Of a DNA stretch of 37,673 bases, positions 7,302-16,686 are shown piece after piece. The DNA comes from Flavobacterium sp. (GTDB taxonomy: Bacteria > Bacteroidota > Bacteroidia > Flavobacteriales > Flavobacteriaceae), in assembly GCA_032121715.1 (NCBI GenBank), contig JAUMDQ010000213.1, positions 1 to 37,673 on the forward strand. Reading direction: 5' to 3'. Made by a program: the position numbers and the translations under genes. Positions within the stretch are counted from its first letter, which is position 1, and each line of letters starts with the position of its first letter. The notes below the pieces were generated by a model. The model made no database searches. It saw only the letters and a list, made by a program, of their open reading frames with translations, and had not been told where the DNA came from.

Positions 7302-9233
7302 CTATTTTTTTATGAAATTTTTATGAAAGACCCCTTCAGAAGTCTCAATCTTTAAAAAGTGAACGCCACTAGATAGTTGAGAAGTATTGATAGTATTCTT
7401 ATAATCTGTAGCCAAAAGTTGCCCTAGATTATTATAGATTTCAACTTTATACAAAGTAAAATTAGTTGGAAATTGAATGTTTAATTCGTTTTCAGCAGGA
7501 ACTGGATATACAGAAACCGCTTTATTACTATCAAACGTATCATTTCCTAAAGTTTCTGAATTGTCTCTAGATATAATATTTTTATTCGGATCAAAAACCA
7601 AACCTGTTACTGCAAATGGAACAGAAACAATAAATTCTTCGCCATTAGTAGTGTTATTAACAATCACATCGTGAGTTAATCCGCCACTTCCCGACAATCT
7701 AATCTGCAAAGGCATCTCAAAAAACGACACACTTGGATGAGATTGTGTTTGATTTACCGTGATTTTAACCTGACCAGCTCCCCAATTTTGAGCTACAATA
7801 TCATAGGTTGGAAATCCTAGATTAAAAACCCAATCGTTAAAAAACTCTGTTAAATCGCTACCGTAAGCTGTTTCTAAATGCGATTTAAAGTTTGCCGTAA
7901 CCGCATAACCATAAGCTAATGCTGGATCGGCTAAATAACTTTTTAAAGCTTGAAAAAAAGCAACGTCTCCTAATTTCCAACGTAACATATTAGTTACCAT
8001 TGAACCTTTATCGTAAGTAAATCTCCCGCTAAAAATTCTATTTACATCAAGTGCTTGCGTATCATTTAAATATAAATTACTACCCGTTGAAGTTAAAGTA
8101 ATGTTGTTTATTTTATTATCCTTCCATGTAACAAAAGGAGCTGCTCCATCTAAATTTTCAACCACTAAACCGGACATGTACTCTGTTAATCCTTCATTTA
8201 ACCAAATGTCTTTCCATGTCCCACAAGTAATTTTATCACCAAACCATTGGTGAGCCATTTCATGTGCAATTAAACCTCTACTGAAGTTGAACATCGAAGA
8301 AACCGTAGAATGTTCCATTCCTCCGCCCCAACCAAACTGAGCATGACCATACTTTTCATTTCTAAATGGATAAGGCTCTAATAAACTCTCAAATAAATTT
8401 ATAATTGTAGGAGTAACAGCCAATTGAGTTTGTGTCGCAGCTGTATTTGTTTCTGGATATAAATAATTAATGATTGGAAAATATGGACTTGCCACAGTTC
8501 CTAAACCTCCTTGTTGATTATAAACTTGGTAATTAGTAACGTTTAAAACAATTAAATAAGCTGGAATAGGATATAAATGTTTAAAATGAGTGGTAGCATT
8601 CGCACCAACTACTACTCTACTTTGCTCTAATCCATTTGACACACTACTGTAAGTAGAAGGCGCCGTAATATACATATCAAAACTATTAATTTTATCATTT
8701 AAATCTTGTTTACATGGCCACCAATCTCTAGCGCCAAATGGTTCAGAAAGCGTATATATTACCGGAGTTCCACTATGAGTTCCTCTGGTAAAAGCACCAT
8801 TAGCTGTTGGTGGATTTCCTGCGTAAGTGATAACTACTGTCGCACTTGTTCCTGCAGTAATTGTAGCAGGAAAATTAATATTTAGCTCATTTGCACTTTG
8901 CGAATACGTCAAACCTATACCATTCATAGTTACAGCACTAACCACTAATTGAGTAGCCATATCAAAAGTGATGGTATTCATATTTGATAAAGCTGTAAAA
9001 GAGGTACTTACAACACCACTAATTGACGCAGTTGTATTATTAGGATTAACCGTAAAACGCAACTCATGATAAGTAACATCATAATTTAAAGTGTTCGGAT
9101 TTACTAAAACACTCATAGTTGAAGAGGCCGATTTCATTTCAGACTCCACCATTCTATTAAATTCAGCATCATCAGATTGCGAAAAACAGAAAGAAGTCAG
9201 TAAAACGAAAAAGATTTGGGTAATTTTTTTCAT
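7302..9233 (-). CDS. M1-family aminopeptidase with T9SS type A C-terminal sorting domain
   Basis: Signal peptide MKKITQIFFVLLTSFCFS-Q; GGMEH, HEMAH and WLNEG motifs; C-terminal VYPVPA...IYNNLGQ...GVHFLKI...FIKK. Start moved from 9284 to ATG 9233. Confidence 0.92.
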   Translation of the reverse strand: MKKITQIFFVLLTSFCFSQSDDAEFNRMVESEMKSASSTMSVLVNPNTLNYDVTYHELRFTVNPNNTTASISGVVSTSFTALSNMNTITFDMATQLVVSAVTMNGIGLTYSQSANELNINFPATITAGTSATVVITYAGNPPTANGAFTRGTHSGTPVIYTLSEPFGARDWWPCKQDLNDKINSFDMYITAPSTYSSVSNGLEQSRVVVGANATTHFKHLYPIPAYLIVLNVTNYQVYNQQGGLGTVASPYFPIINYLYPETNTAATQTQLAVTPTIINLFESLLEPYPFRNEKYGHAQFGWGGGMEHSTVSSMFNFSRGLIAHEMAHQWFGDKITCGTWKDIWLNEGLTEYMSGLVVENLDGAAPFVTWKDNKINNITLTSTGSNLYLNDTQALDVNRIFSGRFTYDKGSMVTNMLRWKLGDVAFFQALKSYLADPALAYGYAVTANFKSHLETAYGSDLTEFFNDWVFNLGFPTYDIVAQNWGAGQVKITVNQTQSHPSVSFFEMPLQIRLSGSGGLTHDVIVNNTTNGEEFIVSVPFAVTGLVFDPNKNIISRDNSETLGNDTFDSNKAVSVYPVPAENELNIQFPTNFTLYKVEIYNNLGQLLATDYKNTINTSQLSSGVHFLKIETSEGVFHKNFIKK

Positions 9234-9354
9234 TATTCTTAAATTAAAACACGAAAATAGGCAATTTTTTTTAATTTTAAACAATTCTGAAAGTCTTTAA
9301 GTTGGAATTTAACAATTGTGCCCTTTCTATTCCTAAAAATTTACAACAATTCCT

Positions 9355-9362
9355 TACATTTG
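9355..9362 (+). promoter_or_regulatory. -7 element (TACATTTG) for serS
   Basis: TAnnTTTG 20 nt upstream of the serS ATG. Confidence 0.65.
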
Positions 9363-9382
9363 CTTTCCAAAAATAAACAAAC

Positions 9383-10654
9383 ATGTTACAAGTAAATTTT
9401 ATTAGAGAAAACAAAGAAGAAGTAATCACGCGCTTAGCGAAAAAGAACTTCGAAGCTACTGCTATTGTAGAGCTTGTTGTGGAATTAGACGAAAAACGTA
9501 GAAACACACAAGTAGAATTAGACAATCTTTTAGCGGAATCTAATAAATTATCCAAAGACATTGGCGAAATGATGAAAAATGGCGAAAAAGCCAAAGCCGA
9601 AATCTTAAAGGAAAAAACCACTCAAATTAGAGAAAATTCTAAAGAGTTAAACGAAACTTTGAATGCGATTGCAAACCAATTGCAAGACGAATTATACAAA
9701 TTACCGAATTTACCAGCAGAAATTGTGCCTTTCGGGAAAACACCTGAAGAAAATTTAAACGTTTTTGAAGAAGGCGACATTCCTAAATTACACGAAGGTG
9801 CTTTACCTCATTGGGAATTAGCCAAAAAATACGATATCATTGATTTTGAATTAGGTGTGAAAATTGCAGGTGCAGGATTTCCAGTTTACAAAGGAAAAGG
9901 GGCCAAATTGCAACGTGCTTTAATTTCATATTTCTTAGATAAAAATACAGATGCCGGTTACCAAGAATACCAAGTGCCGCATTTAGTAAACGAAGCTTCG
10001 GCTTATGGAACGGGGCAATTGCCAGACAAAGACGGACAAATGTATCACGATGCCACAGATAATTTATATTTAATTCCAACTGCGGAAGTGCCTGTGACAA
10101 ACATTTTCAGAGATGATTTAGTTTCAGAAAATGATTTACCAATTTTATGTACAGGTTACACACCATGTTTCCGTAGAGAAGCAGGTTCGTATGGTGCACA
10201 CGTTCGTGGATTGAACCGTTTACACCAATTTGATAAAGTAGAAATTGTACGTATCGAAAAACCAGAAAACTCTTACGCAGCATTAGACGGAATGGTGGAT
10301 CACGTGAAAGAAATTTTACAAGAACTAAAATTACCATACCGAGTTTTAAGACTTTGTGGTGGTGATATGGGATTCGCCTCAGCATTAACGTACGATTTCG
10401 AAGTGTTTTCAACAGCACAAGATCGTTGGTTAGAAATTTCTTCTGTATCTAATTTCGAAACGTTCCAAGCAAACCGTTTAAAATTAAGATACAAAGATGC
10501 GAATGGTAAAAACCAATTGGCGCACACATTAAACGGAAGTTCATTAGCATTACCAAGAGTTTTAGCCGGAATTTTAGAAAACTATCAAACACCAGAAGGA
10601 ATCGTAATTCCAGAAGTATTAAGAAGATATACTGGATTTGATATTATTGACTAA
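9383..10654 (+). CDS. serS: Serine--tRNA ligase
   Basis: N-terminal coiled coil, LIPTAEVP, CFRREAG, RLHQFDKVE, HTLNGS motifs. Confidence 0.99.
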   Translation: MLQVNFIRENKEEVITRLAKKNFEATAIVELVVELDEKRRNTQVELDNLLAESNKLSKDIGEMMKNGEKAKAEILKEKTTQIRENSKELNETLNAIANQLQDELYKLPNLPAEIVPFGKTPEENLNVFEEGDIPKLHEGALPHWELAKKYDIIDFELGVKIAGAGFPVYKGKGAKLQRALISYFLDKNTDAGYQEYQVPHLVNEASAYGTGQLPDKDGQMYHDATDNLYLIPTAEVPVTNIFRDDLVSENDLPILCTGYTPCFRREAGSYGAHVRGLNRLHQFDKVEIVRIEKPENSYAALDGMVDHVKEILQELKLPYRVLRLCGGDMGFASALTYDFEVFSTAQDRWLEISSVSNFETFQANRLKLRYKDANGKNQLAHTLNGSSLALPRVLAGILENYQTPEGIVIPEVLRRYTGFDIID

Positions 10655-10672
10655 ATTTTAGATTAATCATAT

Positions 10673-10703
10673 AAAAAAGCAACTTTTAGGAGTTGCTTTT
10701 TTT
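10673..10703. terminator. Bidirectional terminator after serS
   Basis: AAAAAAGCAACT...AGTTGCTTTTTTT hairpin between convergent genes. Confidence 0.85.
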
Positions 10704-10715
10704 ATTTTTATCTGT

Positions 10716-11030
10716 TTATTTCTTTAAAAATTGTAACGTAATCATTTCATCTACATCTCTTCTGTATTTTTTATTATAATATGAAAAATGCAATTTGTTG
10801 TTTTCAATTGTAAAATAGTAAAATTCATTATTTTCTTTAAAAACACTTTTCCCTTTTAGATTTTCTAAAACATAACTGTACTCATATTCATTAATTTTTA
10901 TATTTATTTTTTTATCATAAATCCGTACAACATATTTTCTGTCTCCATTTTCACTTGTCCATTCTGTAAATTTCACTTGCTTCGCAAAGAAACTTAAAGT
11001 GAACATAAATAGTAAGATAATTTTATTCAT
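10716..11030 (-). CDS. Hypothetical secreted protein
   Basis: 104-aa ORF with signal-peptide-like MNKIILLFMFTLSFFA; very AT-rich; no family recognised. Confidence 0.6.
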   Translation of the reverse strand: MNKIILLFMFTLSFFAKQVKFTEWTSENGDRKYVVRIYDKKINIKINEYEYSYVLENLKGKSVFKENNEFYYFTIENNKLHFSYYNKKYRRDVDEMITLQFLKK

Positions 11031-11071
11031 AGTTTAGTTTTGGAATCACCTATCACTAGAAAAAACACGTG

Positions 11072-11347
11072 CTATTGAGTTAAATATTTACTGATAGAAA
11101 ATCCCCATTTTAAAAAAATAAGTAGTTCAATTATTTGTAAAATGACTACAGTAAGAAGTATCAAGTGTTTTTTATCGTTAGTACTGCTTGTAAAAACAGT
11201 AATCATAATTATTTGTAAAACCCCAAAAATGATATTGAAAGCCATTATGGCCATATCACCTCCAGAAACTCCTAAATTACTATAAAAAATATACGCGAAC
11301 ATAGTTATTGAAACCACTGCGTTAATTATAATCCCTTTATTTACCAT
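11072..11347 (-). CDS. Hypothetical small membrane protein
   Basis: Three hydrophobic segments; start set at ATG 11347 (MVNKG) because TATATTTG lies just upstream. Confidence 0.6.
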   Translation of the reverse strand: MVNKGIIINAVVSITMFAYIFYSNLGVSGGDMAIMAFNIIFGVLQIIMITVFTSSTNDKKHLILLTVVILQIIELLIFLKWGFSISKYLTQ

Positions 11348-11452
11348 AATCCAAATATACAAAACCAACTCATAAACCCTCACAATTCTTAAATATTTAC
11401 TAACCTTGCAACGAGTTGACTAATTTTTGTTAATTTAGTGGCTTATTATTCT

Positions 11453-13237
11453 ATGACAAAAATATTTACATATCTATTTTTCTTTTGCTCGCTAATTGGT
11501 TTCTCTCAAAACGAACTATTGGCGCAAAATTACTTTGACAAAGGTGAATTTGACAAAGCCACTTCGTTGTATGAAGAATTTGATAAAAAACAACCTGGAA
11601 ATTTCTACTTCACGCAAAAATTAGTGAGCTGTTATCAAGGTTTAAAACAATTTGACAAAGCTGAAAAGTTACTTTTAAGCAAAAAAGAAAAATCCAATCA
11701 ACCGAATTTTTTTGTAGAATTAGGTTATAATGCACAATTACAAAAAGACCAATCCAAAGCCGATTCGTATTATAAAAAAGCAATTGATGCAGTAGCCAAT
11801 CAGCCGAATTATGCCTACCAAATTGGGCAAGCATTTGAACAAAAATCGTTGTTGCAACAAGCCTACAACACCTATGAAATTGGTCAGAAAAATAATTCTG
11901 GGATGAATTTCGATTACCAAATGGCGTTACTTCAAGGTCAAATGGGAAATTTAGACGTAATGGTGGTAAAACTTTTGGATTACTCGTATTCGAATGTCAA
12001 CGCGACTTTAAACGTTCAAAATCAGCTCGTACTTTACATGCAAGATGATGCGGAAAATGTGTTTGTCAATTCCTTAAAAAAAGAACTTTTAATCCGAACT
12101 CAGAAAACACAAGACATTTATTGGAATCAGTTTTTGAGTTGGTTATACGTAAATCAGAAAGAATACAACAAAGCTTTTATACAGGAAAAAGCTATTTATA
12201 AAAGAAATCCAGAATCGTTTGACGACATTATTCAATTGGCACAAATCTGTGTAACCGAAAAAGACAACGAAACAGCGCAAGCTATTTTTCAGTTCATTTT
12301 ACAAAACACAACGGATGAATCTACGATTTTAAATGCGCAATATTTTCTGTTGAAGAATGAAATTGCGAATGCAAAACCAGAAATTTATCCCGAAATTCAA
12401 TCGAAGTTTGATACGTTATTGAGTCAATTTGGCGAATCACCTTTTTCAGTTGATATCCAAATCTTAGCCGCACATTTTAAAGCGTTTTATTTGAATGATT
12501 TTGAAAAATCAAAAGCACTTTTAGACAAATTAATGGAAATGCCATTAAATATTCGTCAGAAAGCGAAAGTCAAAATGGAAATGGCCGATGTTTTTGTATT
12601 TAATGAAAAGTTCAATCAGGCGATTATATATTACGCGCAAATTCAGAATGATTTACCAAACGACGAGTATTCCCACGAAGCCAGTATGCGAATGGCGAAA
12701 ACCAGTTTCTTTAAAAAAGATTTCAATTGGGCGAAAAAACAAGCGAGCGAATTAAAACAAGCGTCAACTCAATTAATTGCCAATGATGCCGTGGAATTGT
12801 TTTTATTAATCAGTGATAATTCAGCGGAAGATTCACTTCAAGTAGCTTTACAAGATTTCTCCAAAGCCGATTTATTAGAATATCAAAACAAACCGAAGGA
12901 AGCTTTGGATGCCTTTTTGCAAATTTTAGTCAAACACAAAGGACAAAGCATTGAAGCAGGAACTTTATATAAAGTAGGTAGAAATTATGAAAAATTAGGT
13001 AATTTTGCAAAAGCAATTAGCTACTATCAAACGATTTTAGATAATCATAAAGACGGAATTTATATTGATGAAGCCTTATTTTATTCGGCAGAAATTTATA
13101 AGAAACAGATCAATGATCTCGAAAAAGCCAAAAACTTGTACGAAAAAGTAGTGTTAGAACATCCGGATAGTATTTATTTTACCGAAGCTAGAAAACAATA
13201 CCGCCAATTGCGAGGCGACAAACAACAAGGAATATAA
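11453..13237 (+). CDS. Tetratricopeptide repeat protein with signal peptide
   Basis: MTKIFTYLFFFCSLIGFS-Q signal; repeated TPR helices (YFDKGEFDKA, YEKLGNFAKAISYY, LEKAKNLYEKV). Confidence 0.88.
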   Translation: MTKIFTYLFFFCSLIGFSQNELLAQNYFDKGEFDKATSLYEEFDKKQPGNFYFTQKLVSCYQGLKQFDKAEKLLLSKKEKSNQPNFFVELGYNAQLQKDQSKADSYYKKAIDAVANQPNYAYQIGQAFEQKSLLQQAYNTYEIGQKNNSGMNFDYQMALLQGQMGNLDVMVVKLLDYSYSNVNATLNVQNQLVLYMQDDAENVFVNSLKKELLIRTQKTQDIYWNQFLSWLYVNQKEYNKAFIQEKAIYKRNPESFDDIIQLAQICVTEKDNETAQAIFQFILQNTTDESTILNAQYFLLKNEIANAKPEIYPEIQSKFDTLLSQFGESPFSVDIQILAAHFKAFYLNDFEKSKALLDKLMEMPLNIRQKAKVKMEMADVFVFNEKFNQAIIYYAQIQNDLPNDEYSHEASMRMAKTSFFKKDFNWAKKQASELKQASTQLIANDAVELFLLISDNSAEDSLQVALQDFSKADLLEYQNKPKEALDAFLQILVKHKGQSIEAGTLYKVGRNYEKLGNFAKAISYYQTILDNHKDGIYIDEALFYSAEIYKKQINDLEKAKNLYEKVVLEHPDSIYFTEARKQYRQLRGDKQQGI

Positions 13238-13255
13238 CAGATTAACATATATAAC

Positions 13256-14401
13256 ATGAAATTCAATACCAAAGTAATTCACGGAAATCAGCATCACGAT
13301 CCAAGTACTGGAGCGGTAATGCCACCAGTATATCAAACGTCAACATTTGTACAAACGAGTCCAGGTGTGCCTTTAGCAGAATATGAATACAGTAGAGCTG
13401 CCAATCCAACTCGTACTGCTTTAGAACAAGCTTTAGCAAGTATTGAAAACGGAGTTCGTGGTTTAGCTTTTGCTTCTGGTTTAGCAGCAACAGATTCAGT
13501 AATGAAATTATTAAAACCTGGTGATGAAGTAATTGCTATGGACGATTTATATGGTGGAACATATAGAATGTTTGCACGTATTTATCAAGAATATGGGATT
13601 AAATTCCACTTTATTGATATGACAAATTATGCAGCATTTCAAGCGGCTATCAATGAAAACACGAAATTAGTTTGGGTTGAAACACCAACCAATCCATTAA
13701 TGAAATTAGCTGATATTGCAGAAATTGCGAAAATCACTAAAAAACATAATTTACTTTTTGCCGTTGATAATACATTTGCTACGCCTTATTTACAAAAACC
13801 TTTAGATTTAGGTGCAGATATCGTAATGCATTCGGCAACTAAATATTTAGGCGGACACAGTGATGTAATTGCTGGTGCGTTAATTGTAAAAGATGAAGCG
13901 TTAGGCGAAAAATTACACTTTGCGCAATTTGCAACTGGTGGAACTTTAGGGCCAATGGATAGTTATTTGGTTTTAAGAGGAATCAAAACGTTACATTTAC
14001 GTGTACAAAGACATTGTGAAAACGGTGCAAAAGTGGCGGAATATTTAGAAAATCACCCAAAAGTGGAAAAGGTTTATTATCCAGGATTAGAAAATAGCCC
14101 AAATCACGATATTGCTAAAAAACAAATGATTGGTGGTTTTGGTGGAATGGTTTCTTTCACATTCAAATCAGGTGCGAAAGCGGATGCGATTAAAATGTTA
14201 GAAAAAGTAAAAGTATTCACCTTGGCCGAATCTTTAGGTGGTGTAGAATCTTTAGCAAATCATCCAGCGTTAATGACGCACGCTTCTATTCCGGAAGACA
14301 AACGTAAAGAAATTGGAATTACAGACGACTTAGTTCGTTTGAGTGTTGGTGTGGAAGATATTTCAGATTTACTTGCCGATTTAGAACAAGCTTTTCAATA
14401 A
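13256..14401 (+). CDS. Cystathionine gamma-synthase/gamma-lyase family PLP enzyme
   Basis: YSRAANPTR, ETPTNP, VDNTFATP, HSATKYLGGHSD (PLP lysine), AESLGGVESL. Exact specificity cannot be told from motifs. Confidence 0.93.
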   Translation: MKFNTKVIHGNQHHDPSTGAVMPPVYQTSTFVQTSPGVPLAEYEYSRAANPTRTALEQALASIENGVRGLAFASGLAATDSVMKLLKPGDEVIAMDDLYGGTYRMFARIYQEYGIKFHFIDMTNYAAFQAAINENTKLVWVETPTNPLMKLADIAEIAKITKKHNLLFAVDNTFATPYLQKPLDLGADIVMHSATKYLGGHSDVIAGALIVKDEALGEKLHFAQFATGGTLGPMDSYLVLRGIKTLHLRVQRHCENGAKVAEYLENHPKVEKVYYPGLENSPNHDIAKKQMIGGFGGMVSFTFKSGAKADAIKMLEKVKVFTLAESLGGVESLANHPALMTHASIPEDKRKEIGITDDLVRLSVGVEDISDLLADLEQAFQ

Positions 14402-14420
14402 TTCAATTGATATAGAATAT

Positions 14421-14449
14421 AAAAACCCAGCTGATTAGTTGGGTTTTTT
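14421..14449. terminator. Intrinsic terminator, probably bidirectional
   Basis: AAAAACCCAGCT-gatt-AGTTGGGTTTTTT. Confidence 0.8.
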
Positions 14450-14499
14450 GTTTTTTAATACCACGCGAATGGATTAGCAAGGTAGCAGAGGCAATCAAG

Positions 14500-14880
14500 T
14501 TATTTAGGAATATTTTCAGGTTTTATCTTATCAAAATTTATTAAATAAACATTTTTTTGCATAGAATCTTTCATCACAATAGTGTCTTTGTTGAATTTAA
14601 TAATCTTAAAATTTAATTCATTGAAAAGTGTTAAAACTTCATCGTTATAATTCCAATCATGTTGTTTTGTAAAACTTTTTGTTTTACTTCTAATGAAATA
14701 ATTATCATATTTTCCGTTTATTTCAAACTTCATAAAAAATAAGTATGTTACTTTTTTTTCATTAAGTTTTTCAACATATACCCAATTATATTTGCATAAG
14801 TATTCATTTGTAAACAAATCTTCTTTACATCCGTTCAAAAAAATAATTAAAAATGTGAAATATAAAAACTTTCTTTTCAT
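14500..14880 (-). CDS. Hypothetical lipoprotein
   Basis: Lipobox IFLNG-C; very AT-rich; own TATATTTG motif at 14916-14909. Confidence 0.65.
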   Translation of the reverse strand: MKRKFLYFTFLIIFLNGCKEDLFTNEYLCKYNWVYVEKLNEKKVTYLFFMKFEINGKYDNYFIRSKTKSFTKQHDWNYNDEVLTLFNELNFKIIKFNKDTIVMKDSMQKNVYLINFDKIKPENIPK

Positions 14881-15012
14881 TTATATGACAATAAAATTGA
14901 TTCCATTTCAAATATAATCGTTTTCTTATGATTTCGAGCTAAACTAAAACCGCATTCCATCTCAAATCGTTAATAAAATTTTATCTACACAGAAAATATT
15001 ATTTATAAATAG

Positions 15013-15020
15013 TATTTTTG
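15013..15020 (+). promoter_or_regulatory. -7 element (TATTTTTG) for prfC
   Basis: TAnnTTTG followed by CA, 16 nt before the ATG. Confidence 0.6.
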
Positions 15021-15036
15021 CAAAAAAATTACACTA

Positions 15037-16638
15037 ATGAGTTTCGAAAAAGAAATTGCAAGGAGAAGAACTTTTGGAATTATCTCGCATCCAGATGCTG
15101 GAAAAACGACTTTAACAGAAAAACTGTTATTGTTTGGAGGTGCCATTAATGAAGCAGGTGCAGTAAAAAGTAATAAAATTAAAAAAGGCGCAACTTCCGA
15201 TTTCATGGAAATTGAACGTCAGCGTGGAATTTCGGTTTCTACGTCGGTGTTAGCCTTCAATTATAAAGAGAAAAAAATAAATATTTTAGATACGCCTGGA
15301 CACAAGGATTTTGCTGAAGATACTTTCCGTACTTTAACGGCTGTAGACAGCGTTATTGTTGTGGTTGACGTAGCAAAAGGTGTGGAAGAACAAACCGAAA
15401 AACTGGTAGCTGTTTGTCGTATGCGAAACATTCCTATGATTGTTTTCATCAACAAAATGGACCGTGAAGGTAAAGATGCTTTCGACTTAATGGACGAAGT
15501 GGAACAAAAATTAGGTTTGCAAGTTACGCCGTTGAGTTTCCCAATTGGTATGGGTTACGATTTTCAAGGAATTTATAATATTTGGGAAAAGAACATCAAC
15601 TTATTTGAAGGTGATAGTAGAAAAAATATTGAAGAAACGATTGCTTTTTCTGACCTACAAAACCCAGAATTAGAAAAAATTATTGGTGAAAAACCAGCTA
15701 ATAAATTACGTGAAGAAATCGAATTAATTTCTGAAGTTTATCCAGAATTCGATAGAGAACAATATTTATCTGGAAAATTACAACCGGTATTTTTTGGTTC
15801 GGCTTTAAATAATTTTGGAGTTCGTGAGTTGTTAGATTGTTTTATCGAAATCGCTCCAACGCCACAACCAAAAGCTTCTGATACCCGTTTAGTGGATTCT
15901 AACGAGAAAAAATTCAGTGGTTTTGTATTTAAAATCCACGCGAATATGGATCCAAAACACCGTGACCGTTTGGCTTTCGTAAAAATTGTTTCGGGAACTT
16001 TCGAAAGAAACAAACCGTATTTACATGTTCGTCAAGGGAAAAACATGAAATTCAGTAGTCCGAATGCTTTCTTCGCGGAGAAAAAAGAAATTGTAGACAT
16101 TTCGTATCCTGGTGATATTGTAGGTTTACACGATACTGGAAATTTTAAAATTGGTGATACACTTACAGAAGGTGAAGCGATGAATTTTAGAGGAATTCCA
16201 AGTTTCTCTCCAGAACATTTTAGATATATCAATAATGCCGATCCATTAAAAGCGAAACAATTAGAAAAAGGTGTCGACCAATTAATGGATGAAGGTGTGG
16301 CGCAGTTGTTTACGATTGAAATGAATGGAAGAAAAGTAATTGGAACTGTTGGTGCGCTTCAATACGAGGTAATTCAATACCGTTTAGAGCACGAATACGG
16401 CGCGAAATGTACGTATGAGAACTTTCCTGCTTACAAAGCGTGTTGGGTGCTTCCAGACGATCCAAAAAACGAAGAATTTAAAGAATTCAAACGTGTGAAA
16501 CAAAAGTTTATGGCACACGACAAACACAATCAATTAGTGTTTTTAGCAGATAGTGAATTTTCGATTCAAATGACTCAACAAAAATATCCGAGTGTGAAAT
16601 TATTTTACACCTCTGATTATCATAAAAACGAGAATTAA
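15037..16638 (+). CDS. prfC: Peptide chain release factor 3
   Basis: RRRTFGIISHPDAGKTTLTEKLLL, DTPGH, KIHANMDPKHRDR, GIPSFSPEHF. Confidence 0.99.
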   Translation: MSFEKEIARRRTFGIISHPDAGKTTLTEKLLLFGGAINEAGAVKSNKIKKGATSDFMEIERQRGISVSTSVLAFNYKEKKINILDTPGHKDFAEDTFRTLTAVDSVIVVVDVAKGVEEQTEKLVAVCRMRNIPMIVFINKMDREGKDAFDLMDEVEQKLGLQVTPLSFPIGMGYDFQGIYNIWEKNINLFEGDSRKNIEETIAFSDLQNPELEKIIGEKPANKLREEIELISEVYPEFDREQYLSGKLQPVFFGSALNNFGVRELLDCFIEIAPTPQPKASDTRLVDSNEKKFSGFVFKIHANMDPKHRDRLAFVKIVSGTFERNKPYLHVRQGKNMKFSSPNAFFAEKKEIVDISYPGDIVGLHDTGNFKIGDTLTEGEAMNFRGIPSFSPEHFRYINNADPLKAKQLEKGVDQLMDEGVAQLFTIEMNGRKVIGTVGALQYEVIQYRLEHEYGAKCTYENFPAYKACWVLPDDPKNEEFKEFKRVKQKFMAHDKHNQLVFLADSEFSIQMTQQKYPSVKLFYTSDYHKNEN

Positions 16639-16673
16639 ACTTTCTATTTGTCACATATTGATTATTAATGCAT

Positions 16674-16681
16674 TATTTTTG
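16674..16681 (+). promoter_or_regulatory. -7 element (TATTTTTG) directly before hflX
   Basis: TAnnTTTG ends 5 nt before the hflX ATG. Confidence 0.55.
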
Positions 16682-16686
16682 TAAGT

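Noticed and set aside
15037-16638. Possible programmed frameshift in a release factor gene
   Set aside because: This is RF3 (prfC) in one continuous frame; the known frameshift belongs to prfB.
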